DNA of 64,000 nt from Chrysomallon squamiferum (taxonomy: Eukaryota; Animalia; Mollusca): NCBI GenBank assembly GCA_012295275.1, contig CM022673.1, positions 19,840,001 to 19,904,000 on the forward strand, read 5' to 3'. Positions 50,774 to 61,902 of this stretch are shown here, piece after piece. The position numbers and the translations under genes are program-made. The notes under the pieces were generated by a model. That model made no database searches. It had not been told where the DNA came from and was given only the letters and a program-made list of their open reading frames with translations. Within the stretch, counting starts at the first letter, position 1. Every line of letters starts with the position of its first letter.

Positions 50774-53700
50774 ATATTTTTTCAGCAGGGACAATACGAT
50801 ATTTTGTTTTCTTTTACATTTAACTCCTTCCACAATCATATTAAAAAACAAATACATCAGAATCATTTTACAAGCATTCTGTTATTTGATTTAGAAATAC
50901 CTATCATGATTTACATCCAAAGTATTTTAAACAGTTTGAAAATTTATACTCTTTGTAAATGATGAAAATAAACAAATACCAAAACAGATTTGTTAGCTAA
51001 GCCAAAACATAATTACATATAAGATCTATGTCATATGTTTTTATCAGGACATAGTATAAATACCATATATATAATCTAAAAATCAATAGCTGATTGTTTT
51101 AAAATATATCAGTGTTTATATGTATTATAGTTAACATGTCTTTTTCTTATATATATAAACTTTTTTGTTTTATGTTTTTTAGTTCATGTATGTTACATAT
51201 CTTAGCGATATATGTAGCTATAGTTCACTTATGTGTGGTAAATCTATGTTATTTGGAAGTTGTTCAGTATTCAAAGTAATATCAGGTTATGAATGTGCTT
51301 TCTTTTTATTGATAATTATATTCTTATTGTTTGTACTAAGGATGTAAAAAAACAAACAAACAACAAAAAACAAACATTTCTGGATTAATTTTAATTTTGA
51401 ATATATCTGTTTTATATTATTTAATATTTATATCATAACATTTAATAAAATATAAGTTAATTTTTCAGTTATATTTTCAAGTATATGAAAAAATGTTTAC
51501 TAATGTTTACTTTTGAATACTAACATTTTTGTATTTCCTGAATATTTTCATGCTCCATGTGATGAATTTATACGTTGATGAAATGAGGATAATTTATCAT
51601 TCTTAAGCATTATATTAGAAGTCTAAATGTTATTGTCACATGGATTGTCTGGAGTGATAAATTCATGTTCGGATTTATGGATATAAACCAGAGAAACTGT
51701 ACCTGAATCAGCTAGTGAAAAGGTAAAGAGTTATTGCATGCTTTGTGCAAAAGCATGGACTATTCTGTCCAGTGTTAACCATAAAAGGCTAGATTTTCCA
51801 ATCACAAATCATTGCCACTCTTTGCAGCCTTCAGAAGTCTAGAAGTGAGAAATCACTATTATGTATTAGTGAATTGTTTAATGCAATTTCATCATGCCAT
51901 ATCTCAGTCAAAATTACAGATAGCAAGTCATATGGAACTTTAATCTGGGACCTTGCAGCATATCAGTTCAACATCCATAGAAACACCATAGACAGTTAAA
52001 ACCAATCATCAAGAAATAGGAATCTGAAGCATACATAAATGAACCAAGTTCTTACCAGCAACTCTCACAACCATCTCTTGCAACAAAATGAGAACAGTCT
52101 AACAATGTCTGTAAATCTATGGCATCCATGCAAGATAAATAGCCAGAAGGCCAATCCTGATGCCAAAACATCATGTTGACATCTCCTGTGATAGACAGCA
52201 CATTTCCGGAACATATCCTCTTCACTAATGAATCCTGTTTCCTTCTCCATAGATCTGCAAAAGGACACATGTCTACAGACATCAAGGTGAACATTATGTC
52301 ACACCATGTTTTCTTGATGGGGATTGTTTTAGAACTGGGACCATTATTTTAAGGGAGGAATTACAACCACAGGCTGTACCTAGAGGTTTGTGATTGAAGG
52401 CAATTTGAAGTTCACTCTGGTGACCATAACTTTGAACATTTGTCTTTCCATTTCATGTTTCATGCATGTCAGCAATACCTTATCATCAACTACTTCATCA
52501 TTTGTGTTACAATAACTTTGCCTTTGTCAACAGGACAGAATTCCCACCCAGACACCAGATCTAAAGCTACTTTCCTGTGGGATGACTCGTAAAATTCTAG
52601 TTTTTCTGTTCCCAAATTTTTACTTGCTTTTCTAACAATCTTATTTTGTTTTATTGAACAGTTTTATCAGAGAAGCATCTAAAGAGTCACATTATTCTTG
52701 ATTCAACAGATCACATAAAACTTCAAGCTACATCAAAAAACCACTAACTATTTCATCAATGACAGCACCCACACAACAATACTACCATCTACAGTCAGAA
52801 CTGCATAAACTAATATCAGCTACAACACTACCTACACCTTCCTACACATTCAACTACATTAACAACTGATTTCACCAGCAGCAGCTATAGTTCCAGTACC
52901 ATATGCTATAACCCCAAAGGTATCAGCAGGTTGCACTGTCACACCAAACATCCTTTACAAATGCCCCATGGCTTTGAATCTCACAGAACGTAAATAATTT
53001 CTTATATGGCATCTGCACACAAAATGTGGAATGATTTTCTTATTGATGGACATGGTGGCCAGATTTTAATATCATTTAATGTTTTTCTAATAAAAAAATC
53101 TTGTTTATTTTTTTTTACCTAAGAAGTTACTGCAACAGCTGTAGTAATACTGGCAATAATACTGTCATTTATATCACTATGTTTCAATTAAAATCCCTCT
53201 GTAATTGATGTCACAGAATTCTAATTAAATCTTAGATTTTATTCTTCATGGTACTGGTACAAAATGATTAGTAAGTTCCACTTCTGTTTTTCTTTTTTGA
53301 GCAGCATTAAATTTGCTATGAATTTATTGTCAACAATGTGTTTGCCCATTTTTTAATATTATTTTCATGCAATTTGGCAATCTGCACTATCTTAAGATTC
53401 TGGTTATATTTTTATTATCCGTTTACTGCATGACGATCATGAAATTGCTCAAGGCAGCTCCTGTGCATTTTACAAGTCCTGTCCTATCTTGCAGTACATA
53501 CTTGGCATACACTTTTAGCTTCCTAGACCTAGACCGAACAAAAAACTATGGGAACAGATGTAAATATCACTTCATTTCCTGTTTTGAAAGCACCCTATTG
53601 TCATTAGTATCAAATTTAATGTTTTATATATTTTTGTTTTTAAAATTCACTTTGTCTAGGGGATTTTCTATGATATTATTAGAGAATCTCCTTGATTTGA

Positions 53701-56700
53701 AACATAGCGTGCTTGTATTCAGCTTATCTGCCAATGTACATCAGACCAAACTTTTAAAATAAACTGGATTACAAACAAAACTGTCCCTAAAATTCAGAGG
53801 TCAGGGTGCATGTATTACATAAAATTTCTCAGAATATGTATTTACTTGTTTTCAAATTAATAATTATGTCTTCCTAATATGTATAACATTTACAATAAAA
53901 TGATTGTCTTGCAGTGTTGAAAAGCAAAATTTTGAATGTTGATAGCATTTTAAATGTTCAAATTCCAATTATTTTGTTTCTGTTTTGTAACCCTAAAAAT
54001 AAAATCTGTATTCACAAAATTATATTAAAGACCACAATTATGTGCTGATTTGCCTTGTGCAGTTGTTTCACCAATAGTAAAAATTTGCAGCACAATCTTA
54101 AGATGGCACAAATTGGAAACTGTGCAGAACGTATACATTTGTGAATGTTAATGTAATTCATAATCAAGAGCACAACAGATTTGATATGTCTATGTGTGTA
54201 AGTTGTTTAGATAGAAATTTGTGAAATGACTTTCTTTTCACTTATAAGGAAAAACTAGAGGAGTAGATACAGGACTGAATCATAAATGAAACATACAACA
54301 GTCCATGATTCAGCTCCCCATTCACAGACATTTCATTATGAACACAGTTTCTAGCAAATTCGCAGCTCAGTGAATATTTTATGTTTAACAGTGCATCATA
54401 TATGTTTATTGTTAGTGTTAAGCTTTATATGAGGTTGAAGTTTGATGTTTGTTTAATCAGTTGGGGAATCTGGAAAATATCTGGTGGGTACAACTATTAA
54501 AAATGTAATATTACTTTTTGTTTAACTTTCATTTTATGTTAAGCTTTTAATGTTGTGTTTTTTAAATGACTGTATTTTAATTATTTTACCTTTTTTATGA
54601 ATATAGAAAGAACTCTATTTTGGTAAGTGAAACGTTTGTAAACACAATTTATAAAATAACACTTTCAGTACCTGCAATTTTATATATTGTAGATGACTCA
54701 CCGGTTCACAGTTAACCTGCCTCACAACCAAAAAATGGTTGTTAGGATTAACTCATCAATGACTCTAGAACAGCTCCATATGAAGGTGTGTCAAGACAAA
54801 AACTATGATCCTTCTCGTTACATCTTCCAACATTCCAGCAACCCTCAGATTAGCCTGTCAGCCAAAAACACCATCGCAGATTTACGATGTACTGAAATTA
54901 ACCTTGTTCCCAATGGTATGGTCATATATTATCAATCATAACTTTAAAAAAACCTTTTTTTTATATTTTTTTTTTTACATTTTTATTGGCAATTTACACA
55001 AAAGTGTCACTGATTATTATTAATATTTAACCATGTTTAATCACCTGTTGTTTGAGTTCAGCTTAATTTTTTCTCTTCTATCACATCTTCATAATTATTT
55101 ATATCAGATTTGTTTAAATATTTTAAATCATTGGTTAATAATATGAATATTATTTCCATCATCTTTAGTAATTGTTATTTTATTTATTTATTTATTTTTT
55201 GATAACTTACATTTTATATTTCTTTCTTATTTATTTCTTACAATGTGGAGATAAAGTTAATTTTGTGAGTTAATATTTTTACAGGAATGGTTGATTCTGC
55301 TCAGTCAATGCCTGATCTCTGGCAGACGTCTGTGCCAGCTTACATGCCAGCTACAGAAATGAGAAAAAAGAGGGGATTTTTATCATTTTTACGAAAAGAT
55401 AAAAAATTGAAACTGGTGAGAATGTATTTTCAAATATTTCTAAAATATTTCCCTTTTATGAAATATTAAATTTTAGATGTGACTGGTATATAATGAGACT
55501 TTTTAAAATTTGTTTGAACTCCATACTAATGTTATAAATAAATGTATATTTTGATTATGATGCATTTTATTTTTGAATAAAAAACAAAGTAATTATTTAT
55601 GAAAATGTATTGACTTGTTTTACAGCAAGATGACATTGGGCCCAGTCTGAAGCATACATCATCCATCAGCCATACATCTTCAACACCTCCATCTCAGAGA
55701 ATTTCAGTTGGTCAAACACGGCCAAAATCAATGTTTGATGGAAGTGCCTCTGATCAAGATGGTCAAGCAGAAAATGTTTTTTCTCTCGGTAAAGAGAATG
55801 CTGTTCCAAAACAGGCAACAAAAGCAACCAAAAAGAGACCAGCACCACCTCCACCTCAACAAAAAGAAATGCTTGCTACAGTGGAGATAAAAGTGAAGGA
55901 TGGGCCTATAAATAGTGTTGTTGAGCAACCCGCTGTCGAAACATCAAAGAGTGAGATTACTGTACAGGCTGATGTAAACAGCAACAGCAACAACACAAGT
56001 GTAAAAAATATACGTCTTCACTCCCGCAATAGCTCTGATTCAAGTGGGTATCATGAACTAACTCTGAGTGGAGCAGACTCACCAGAAGCACATCGGGTGA
56101 CTACAACATTCAAAACCAGCATTGATGCCACCTCCATAGAAAGTACAGATGATGTGTCACGGAACAATTTGTCAAAATCTGTTCACATTCTGGCAGCAGG
56201 GGAAAGTCAAACTCTTCCTTTAAACAGACCAAGTTGCAAACCTTCTCGTCGTTCTCATTCTCTTGAACGAAATGATAAAACCAATAAAGCTGCCATACCT
56301 TCATCCAAAAAAAAGAGAGCACCAGCTCCTCCTGGTAATTGATATAAAGTTATTTATTCAATATACAGTTGATATATTTATGAATTGCATGTAATTATAT
56401 CATAGATGACAAAAATAATTCTTTAGAAGAGCCACTAACATTTAATATGACATAATAAATACAGAAATAACAGAAATCTAAAATTCAGTATTTGTACATA
56501 GTTTTTAATTGATTTTATTATTATTATTGCTTTATTTATTGAATACCACTTGATGACACCTATTTTATACAACTGAAAAAAATTATCAAGTTCCTAAAGC
56601 ACAATAAAAATATAATTAATGCAGTTTATAGATACCAGTTGGTATTGAAATTTTCAATATAATTTGAATTTCATTAATAATTCTTATTAGTAATTAAATT

Positions 56701-59700
56701 TTAGATATTTTGTTCACATGTATTAGTACTCAGAAGTTGTATTATTGTAACATATGGCATAACTCTTTATTTTTATGATCAAATCTGGAATTTACTTCGT
56801 ACTAAAAACTCCTTATTATCTAATTAATTTATTGATATTTAAAAATTAATAGGTGGAATATGTGAAGATCTAAATGTTGTATATTAATATGTATGGTTAT
56901 ATACGCAGTTGTGAAGTAAACTGAAACACATAATTTATTCCAGGTAAGGTGCAGGTTACTCCAGCGGCAACTACTGAACAAATGTCATTTAGTCAAAAAG
57001 GTAACTTGTAAAATTATAGCTTTGATGCCTTCTACAGTGACAACATGTCCTGATATAATTATATAGTGTATGAAATGTATATTTATATATTCTTTTTATG
57101 TCTGCAATTATATTGTTATATTTTTAAAGTAGACTTTACCTTATTTCTTTAACTCGGCTTCTGCCACAGAAATGGAAGATAATAAAGAAGTAAACAAAGA
57201 GTTGCCGCAGAACACTGATGTTGACATAACATTCCATGATGATGACATGGATGTAGCAGAGTCAGGTATGATGATGGTTGAAAACATGTCAATTTGCAGT
57301 GAAGACATTGACAACATTGAGCAAGCTAAAATACGACCTTGCTCATTTGTTGCACCTCCTCCTCCCAATGAACCCCCACCTCAAGATATGCCCCCTGTGC
57401 ATTACAGTCCAGTGATGGACCAACATAAATTGCCTGTGACTACTGATGCAGAAACGGAGGTTAATGACAATGCATCTCTAGGACCTTCCAGTGCAAAGAC
57501 CTCACCTCAGTCAGGTATGTTGGTACTTACATTGCATTTTTGTTAAACAATACATATACCTGTATATATATTTTATCACATTCACATTCCTGAGTCACAA
57601 ATGAATGTGTCTAACTCAACATGTATTATTTATATAAAACATATGTATTGTATATTTGTCACTTTTTTCAATCACTCCCGCATTTGAATATGTTCATTAT
57701 TGTTTTATATAAATGTACATGTCTGTATATTAAATTCTTTAGCTCTTCTTAAATACTACTCTGTCACATATTAAATAACTAAAATTAATATTGCTAGATA
57801 TCCATTTAACTTAATAAATGCATTGTAAATCTAGGAAATATTGAAGTGTCCCCTTTTTGATAAATAATAATGTATTTATATTTTTTAACTGTTTTTTTTC
57901 TGTGCTCTGCATATAATTATAATAGATTCTAAGATTGTGATATTTTGTGAATTGATCTGCTGTTAAATATATTTTGGTTTCAAGTGTTACCAAATTTTTT
58001 ATTTAACAGTAATGTTGTCAAATACTGTATTCCATTTGATAAATTAATATTTATTTTGGGCTTTAAAATTATAGTTAACAGATTATTTTTCACTTTTAAT
58101 AAATTCAGGATCATTTAAAAATACAATAACAAGAAAAAATATTTTTAGTGATTTAAAAAAAATAAGTTTATAAAAAAAAAGAATGAAAGAAAAACAGGAA
58201 AGAGGCATGTAAATAAAAATTTATAACACCAGCTAAACTGCATTTTATTTGATGAAAACATAATGAACTGACACTGTTGGTTATGCTTTATTTGGGTGTC
58301 CCTTACCTTCTGCTTTCTCTGCTGTCCAGTTCATAGTCACACCAATAGCCAAACAAGTGTATGTTCAGCTAATTCTATTGATGAGATCAGCCTGTCATTT
58401 GAGCAGACTATAGCAGCAGCTGAGGAAGCCTTGGCTTGTGAACAACAAAAAGAAGGTAGATTTTTCTGCAGCAGGGAAAGGATTCATCAGTTTGAATAGT
58501 TTTGCACATTATATTTGCTTTGCTTATGACAACTACAGTTTTATCTTTTGTTTTTGTCTGCTTATTCTTCTTCTTTCTTTTTCCTTTTATTAATTAATTT
58601 GTTTTGTTTTTTTATTTTTGACATTGCATGTATATTGATTATATTTATTATTAATGTTATTAATTTTTTATGTCAGAACATGGAATATAAAGTGAACTGC
58701 ATATTACAGAAATAATTGAAATGTTCAGTACTCTGTTATGGAAAATATTAAAATCTGATTCTTAAGTATATTTCCACTATGTAATAGTTGAATTAAAAAA
58801 TATTGAAATTTACTTTGTTCTCGTCTTTGAATCTGACAGTAATGAGAAGTTTGTTTTCATTTTTATAAGATAAATAATAACTAATATTGAAACTGCTGTG
58901 ACAAATACTTCATTAAATGAAGCTAAAAATGTATATAGAATACAAGTATGTGATAGGCATTTTTAGTGATCTCTTTATACATATTTAACTGATGCTAGTC
59001 ACAAAATTAGGTCTTTCAGCGAGATTATGGCTTGTGATATAAAGTTATGTGATATGATGCATATGCTATATTTAATGTTTAACTTGGCTCTCTTTTATGT
59101 TGGTAAGGATGCAGCTATTTTGTTTCAATTTTCTTTCACGAAACTATTGTTTGTCCTTGGATCATTCTTTGAAGTTACTAATATTGATTTAGTAATTGTT
59201 TAAAGTACATACTTAAAATTAGGCAAGTAGATATTTATATTGATAATGATAAGAAGAATAACTTGATTTTAATTTATAAACAGTTTGATAAGTGTTTTTT
59301 ATTTCTGTTGTGTTATACATTCTTTCAAATAAAGACTATTAATAACCATTACAGTATCCAGTATGAAATAGTTTTTAATAATTATAGAGATTTTAAAATT
59401 TCTTTATTGTTATTAATGATTAATTTATATTTCAAAACTTTGATTGTTGTTGCAGACAAATCTTCATAGAATCTGAGTTTTGTTTTGTTTTAAATAATAT
59501 TATCTTAATAACATTTCATTTGAGATACTTTCTTTATTTCCTTTTTCTCAAGCAGTATTCTGAAAACATTTTCTTGTTTTTTGTTTCTGTAGTAGAGTAC
59601 AAATCGGAAATGGCTATGTTTGTTGAGAGGATGAGCATCCTCACTGAAGATGCTGACACAAGAAATGATTCAAATTCTAATGTAATCCAGTCTCTGGATG

Positions 59701-61902
59701 ATACTGAGAGCAACTCGGACACTGGATCTGTTATTCGTCACAACACTTCTACCACCAGTGATGGTTTACTTGATGGTGGTGGCAGCAACTGTCATAAATA
59801 TTCTGGATCAGAATCAGGATCAACAATAAGCTCAGTGTGTGCTCAGCAGTGTTCTGGAAACTCTCTGGAAACATCAAACATTTTCCCAAAACCTTCAGTT
59901 GAAAGCTATGAAGTATCTGAAATTGTTTTAACAGTTCCAGTAGTACCACCACCACCAGAGTTTCAAAATAGCTGTAAAGATATTAGTGGACCTAACCAGT
60001 CATCAAAAAGTACATCTTTTTTTTCAGAGTTTCAATCTGATTTGTCTTCTTTAGACAACCCTGAAGTTGAGGATCAGGAAAGCACATTAGCTGATGAAGA
60101 AATTGTAAACTTTGCACCACAGAGTGGTTACATATTTGGTGGTGCATATCACATTCCTGATTCACAGATGAATGTGTCTAACTCAACAAGTTATCAAGCA
60201 GAAGAACAAAAACTCAGTTACAGAACTTTTGATGCTGGGTTGAATTCTAACATAGATTTCAGACCTAATATTTCAAATGAAATGAGTCCACTAAAAAAAG
60301 AGGAATTTATTTTGTCTTTGGAGGATCTTCAAAATATTAGCTACACTGCTGGCCCATATATTCAGAGTAACAAATCACCTCAACAATTTGACAAAGATGA
60401 AAAAGAATGCATTTCATCACTTGAATATGCACCAAGTCACACTGTTGAAGAACCACTATACACAGATGTCATTGTTACTGACAATGAATTATTGCATGAA
60501 AATGTCCGGCAGCGATGTTCAGACCTCATCTTTCCTTCAAAAGCTGAAGAAGAAGTGGACAGCTTACTTGAGGAAAAGTCAATATCACAGATAGCTTTAC
60601 CTGCCATAAGAACAGATGTTACCTCAATATCAAATGAGCTTTCTGATTCTGATGGTAATTCTGAAAAATATACTTCTGTGAAAACTGTTACATTAGGTCA
60701 GAAAAAGTCAGATTCGTCAAAACTAAATCCGACTCCAGTAGATAGAGGAGGAACTGCCAAGGAGAGTATGAACAGTGTGGTTAGTACTGGAGAGGTGGAG
60801 GAGAAGGAGGAGGACGAGGAGGCAGAGGATCTTCAGAAGCAGCAAATAGCTACAAAGGCACAGTATGTGGTCCTGCAGCAGCAGTTCAACCAGTGGCAGC
60901 AGCAGTTGTTGCAGAACCAGAAACTTCTAGCCAGTCAGCAGATTGAGCCTGATAAAGCCCAAAGTGTACAACTACAACAAATGCAGATGCAGATTCAAAT
61001 GCAGCAAGAGATAATGTCACAACTTCAACAGAGCATGCAGGCTCTGGATTTGCAGGAACAACAGCAAGGTACACACGTATCAGCAGTAAAAACTGACAAC
61101 TTCATTAAAAATGATCCACAGTTTAAAAGGATAAATGTTGGTGAATCTAATTTACTAAGATCTAGAAAAGGGCCTGTTCCTCCTCCCCCTCCAAGAGGAT
61201 CATCTCTGATTAAAGAAAGTGAGACAGGATTGAAGGCAGCACACTATGCAAAACCAGATTCTAAAAGATTCCAGAGACTACTGGATCCTAGAGAGGAACT
61301 CATGATTGCAATAAGATCTTTTGGTGGTAGGAATGGGTTAAAAAAGGTGATTGTTATTTAGATTGTATGAAAACATACAAAACTGGCAACAATTGAAATC
61401 AAAAGTAAGATTAAAAATAAATGAAACAATAAATCAAAGCCTGAATAAGTGAAGAAAACTTTTAAATATTTATCAAACACACAATGATGCAATGCTATAT
61501 TGTTATTATAGTTAATGCATAGTTATTAAAGAGCATTTATGGTAGTCTGAAGAAAACCTCAAATATATATATAACTATATATATTATAATTTGTTTGAAG
61601 ACCAGTCATACTGTGTAAGACATTACAATCAGACAATAAAAAGTTAATGTTTAACCAAATGAAAACAAAGATAATTTAGTATTTTATTTATGATAGTGAT
61701 GTGTTGTTTTTTGAGGCAAGAAGTAACAATGTTTACTGATTTTATTATCTTCAGTATTTTAAAGAAAGGTATATGTGTTAAATAGTTTTTAGATATTTCT
61801 GTTATACGTTATAGTGATGTGTATTTTATCATTGTATTTCAGGTTTCTGTTGAGGACACACACTGGCATGGCAATATAACTGAAGCAAAAACTGAACTGT
61901 GA
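43207..61902 (+). CDS. COBL: Cordon-bleu-like (COBL/COBLL1 family) WH2 actin regulator, spliced: join(43207..43421,50461..50692,54693..54915,55285..55415,55626..56334,56944..57000,57170..57514,58330..58455,59593..61346,61843..61902), 1283 aa
   Basis: All nine introns are GT-AG with consistent phases (2,0,1,0,1,1,1,1,0). Cobl-domain motifs VDSSIPMYDL..L...SPSGYTL, TVNLPHNQKMVVRI and KKRGFLSFLRKDKK; KRAP-type KKRPAPPPP and KKRAPAPPG; WH2 REELMIAIRSFGGRNGLKKV. Confidence 0.88.
46312..46611 (+). repeat. ~110-bp degenerate direct repeat separated by (TA)n, overlapping a minus-strand Tc1 N-terminal remnant
   Basis: ATTAGACTGTGCACATAGACAATATT...AAAGTCCA.TCATGA.CTC.CAAA.CCC at 46312-46423 and 46497-46611. 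The minus strand reads HRQHLTGFER..MIGL at ~46585-46645. Confidence 0.7.
50461..50692 (+). CDS. COBL: cobl-like exon 2 (ubiquitin-like Cobl domain)
   Basis: TTTCAG|C ATA CCT ATG...RPFE|GTATTA; IPMYDLRIQLAASCKVSPSGYTL...NQTVGSLEGRTVQL. Confidence 0.9.
51894..52410 (+). mobile_element. Tc1-family transposase remnant (N-terminus to mid-catalytic domain)
   Basis: MPYLSQNYR...QFNIHRNTI...ARRP..ILFTNESCFLLHR...VYRHQGEHY..C...DCF..G...GGITTTGCT*RFVIEGNL resembles Tc1 LFTDESRF / VYRRxGERY / DRFGGGS / WGGI / GNL. Confidence 0.8.
54693..54915 (+). CDS. COBL: cobl-like exon 3 (second ubiquitin/RBD-like fold)
   Basis: TTGTAG|ATG...AAT G|GTATGG; MTHRFTVNLPHNQKMVVRINSSMTLEQLHMKVCQDKNYDP...TIADLRCTEINL. 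Confidence 0.9.
55285..55415 (+). CDS. COBL: cobl-like exon 4
   Basis: TTTACAG|GA ATG...CTG|GTGAGA; RKKRGFLSFLRKDKK resembles the KGFFSFFxRxKK motif of the COBL family. Confidence 0.88.
55626..56334 (+). CDS. COBL: cobl-like exon 5 (two KRAP-type proline motifs)
   Basis: TTTACAG|CAA in frame with ORF 55731; KKRPAPPPP, HSRNSSDSSGYHE, KKKRAPAPP; donor G|GTAATT. Confidence 0.9.
56944..57000 (+). CDS. COBL: cobl-like exon 6 (57-nt symmetric micro-exon)
   Basis: TTATTCCAG|GTAAGGTG...CAAAAAG|GTAACT; open frame GKVQVTPAATTEQMSFSQK; phase 1-1. Confidence 0.7.
57170..57514 (+). CDS. COBL: cobl-like exon 7
   Basis: Pyrimidine tract then CACAG|AA ATG; RPCSFVAPPPPNEPPP; donor TCAG|GTATGT; phase 1-1. 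Confidence 0.85.
58330..58455 (+). CDS. COBL: cobl-like exon 8
   Basis: CTGTCCAG|TT CAT...GAAG|GTAGAT; SIDEISLSFEQTIAAAEEAL; 126 nt; phase 1-1. Confidence 0.8.
59593..61346 (+). CDS. COBL: cobl-like exon 9 (long Ser/acidic region, Q-rich helix, poly-Pro, WH2)
   Basis: Within the 613-aa ORF. Acceptor TTCTGTAG|TAG (NAGNAG); donor AAG|GTGATT splits WH2 LKK|V. Confidence 0.92.
61843..61902 (+). CDS. COBL: cobl-like terminal coding exon (VSVEDTHWHGNITEAKTEL*)
   Basis: TATTTCAG|GTT completes LKKV; TGA at 61900-61902; AATAAA signals downstream (e.g. 62458). Confidence 0.75.
   Translation, partial: VSVEDTHWHGNITEAKTEL

Noticed and set aside
53367-53762. 131-aa hydrophobic ORF in a cobl intron
   Set aside because: AT-rich codon composition, no domain, no splice support; probably non-coding or repeat-derived.
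59520-59592. N-terminal part of the 613-aa ORF (MRYFLYFLF...)
   Set aside because: It is the intronic polypyrimidine tract; the real exon starts at 59593 or 59596.
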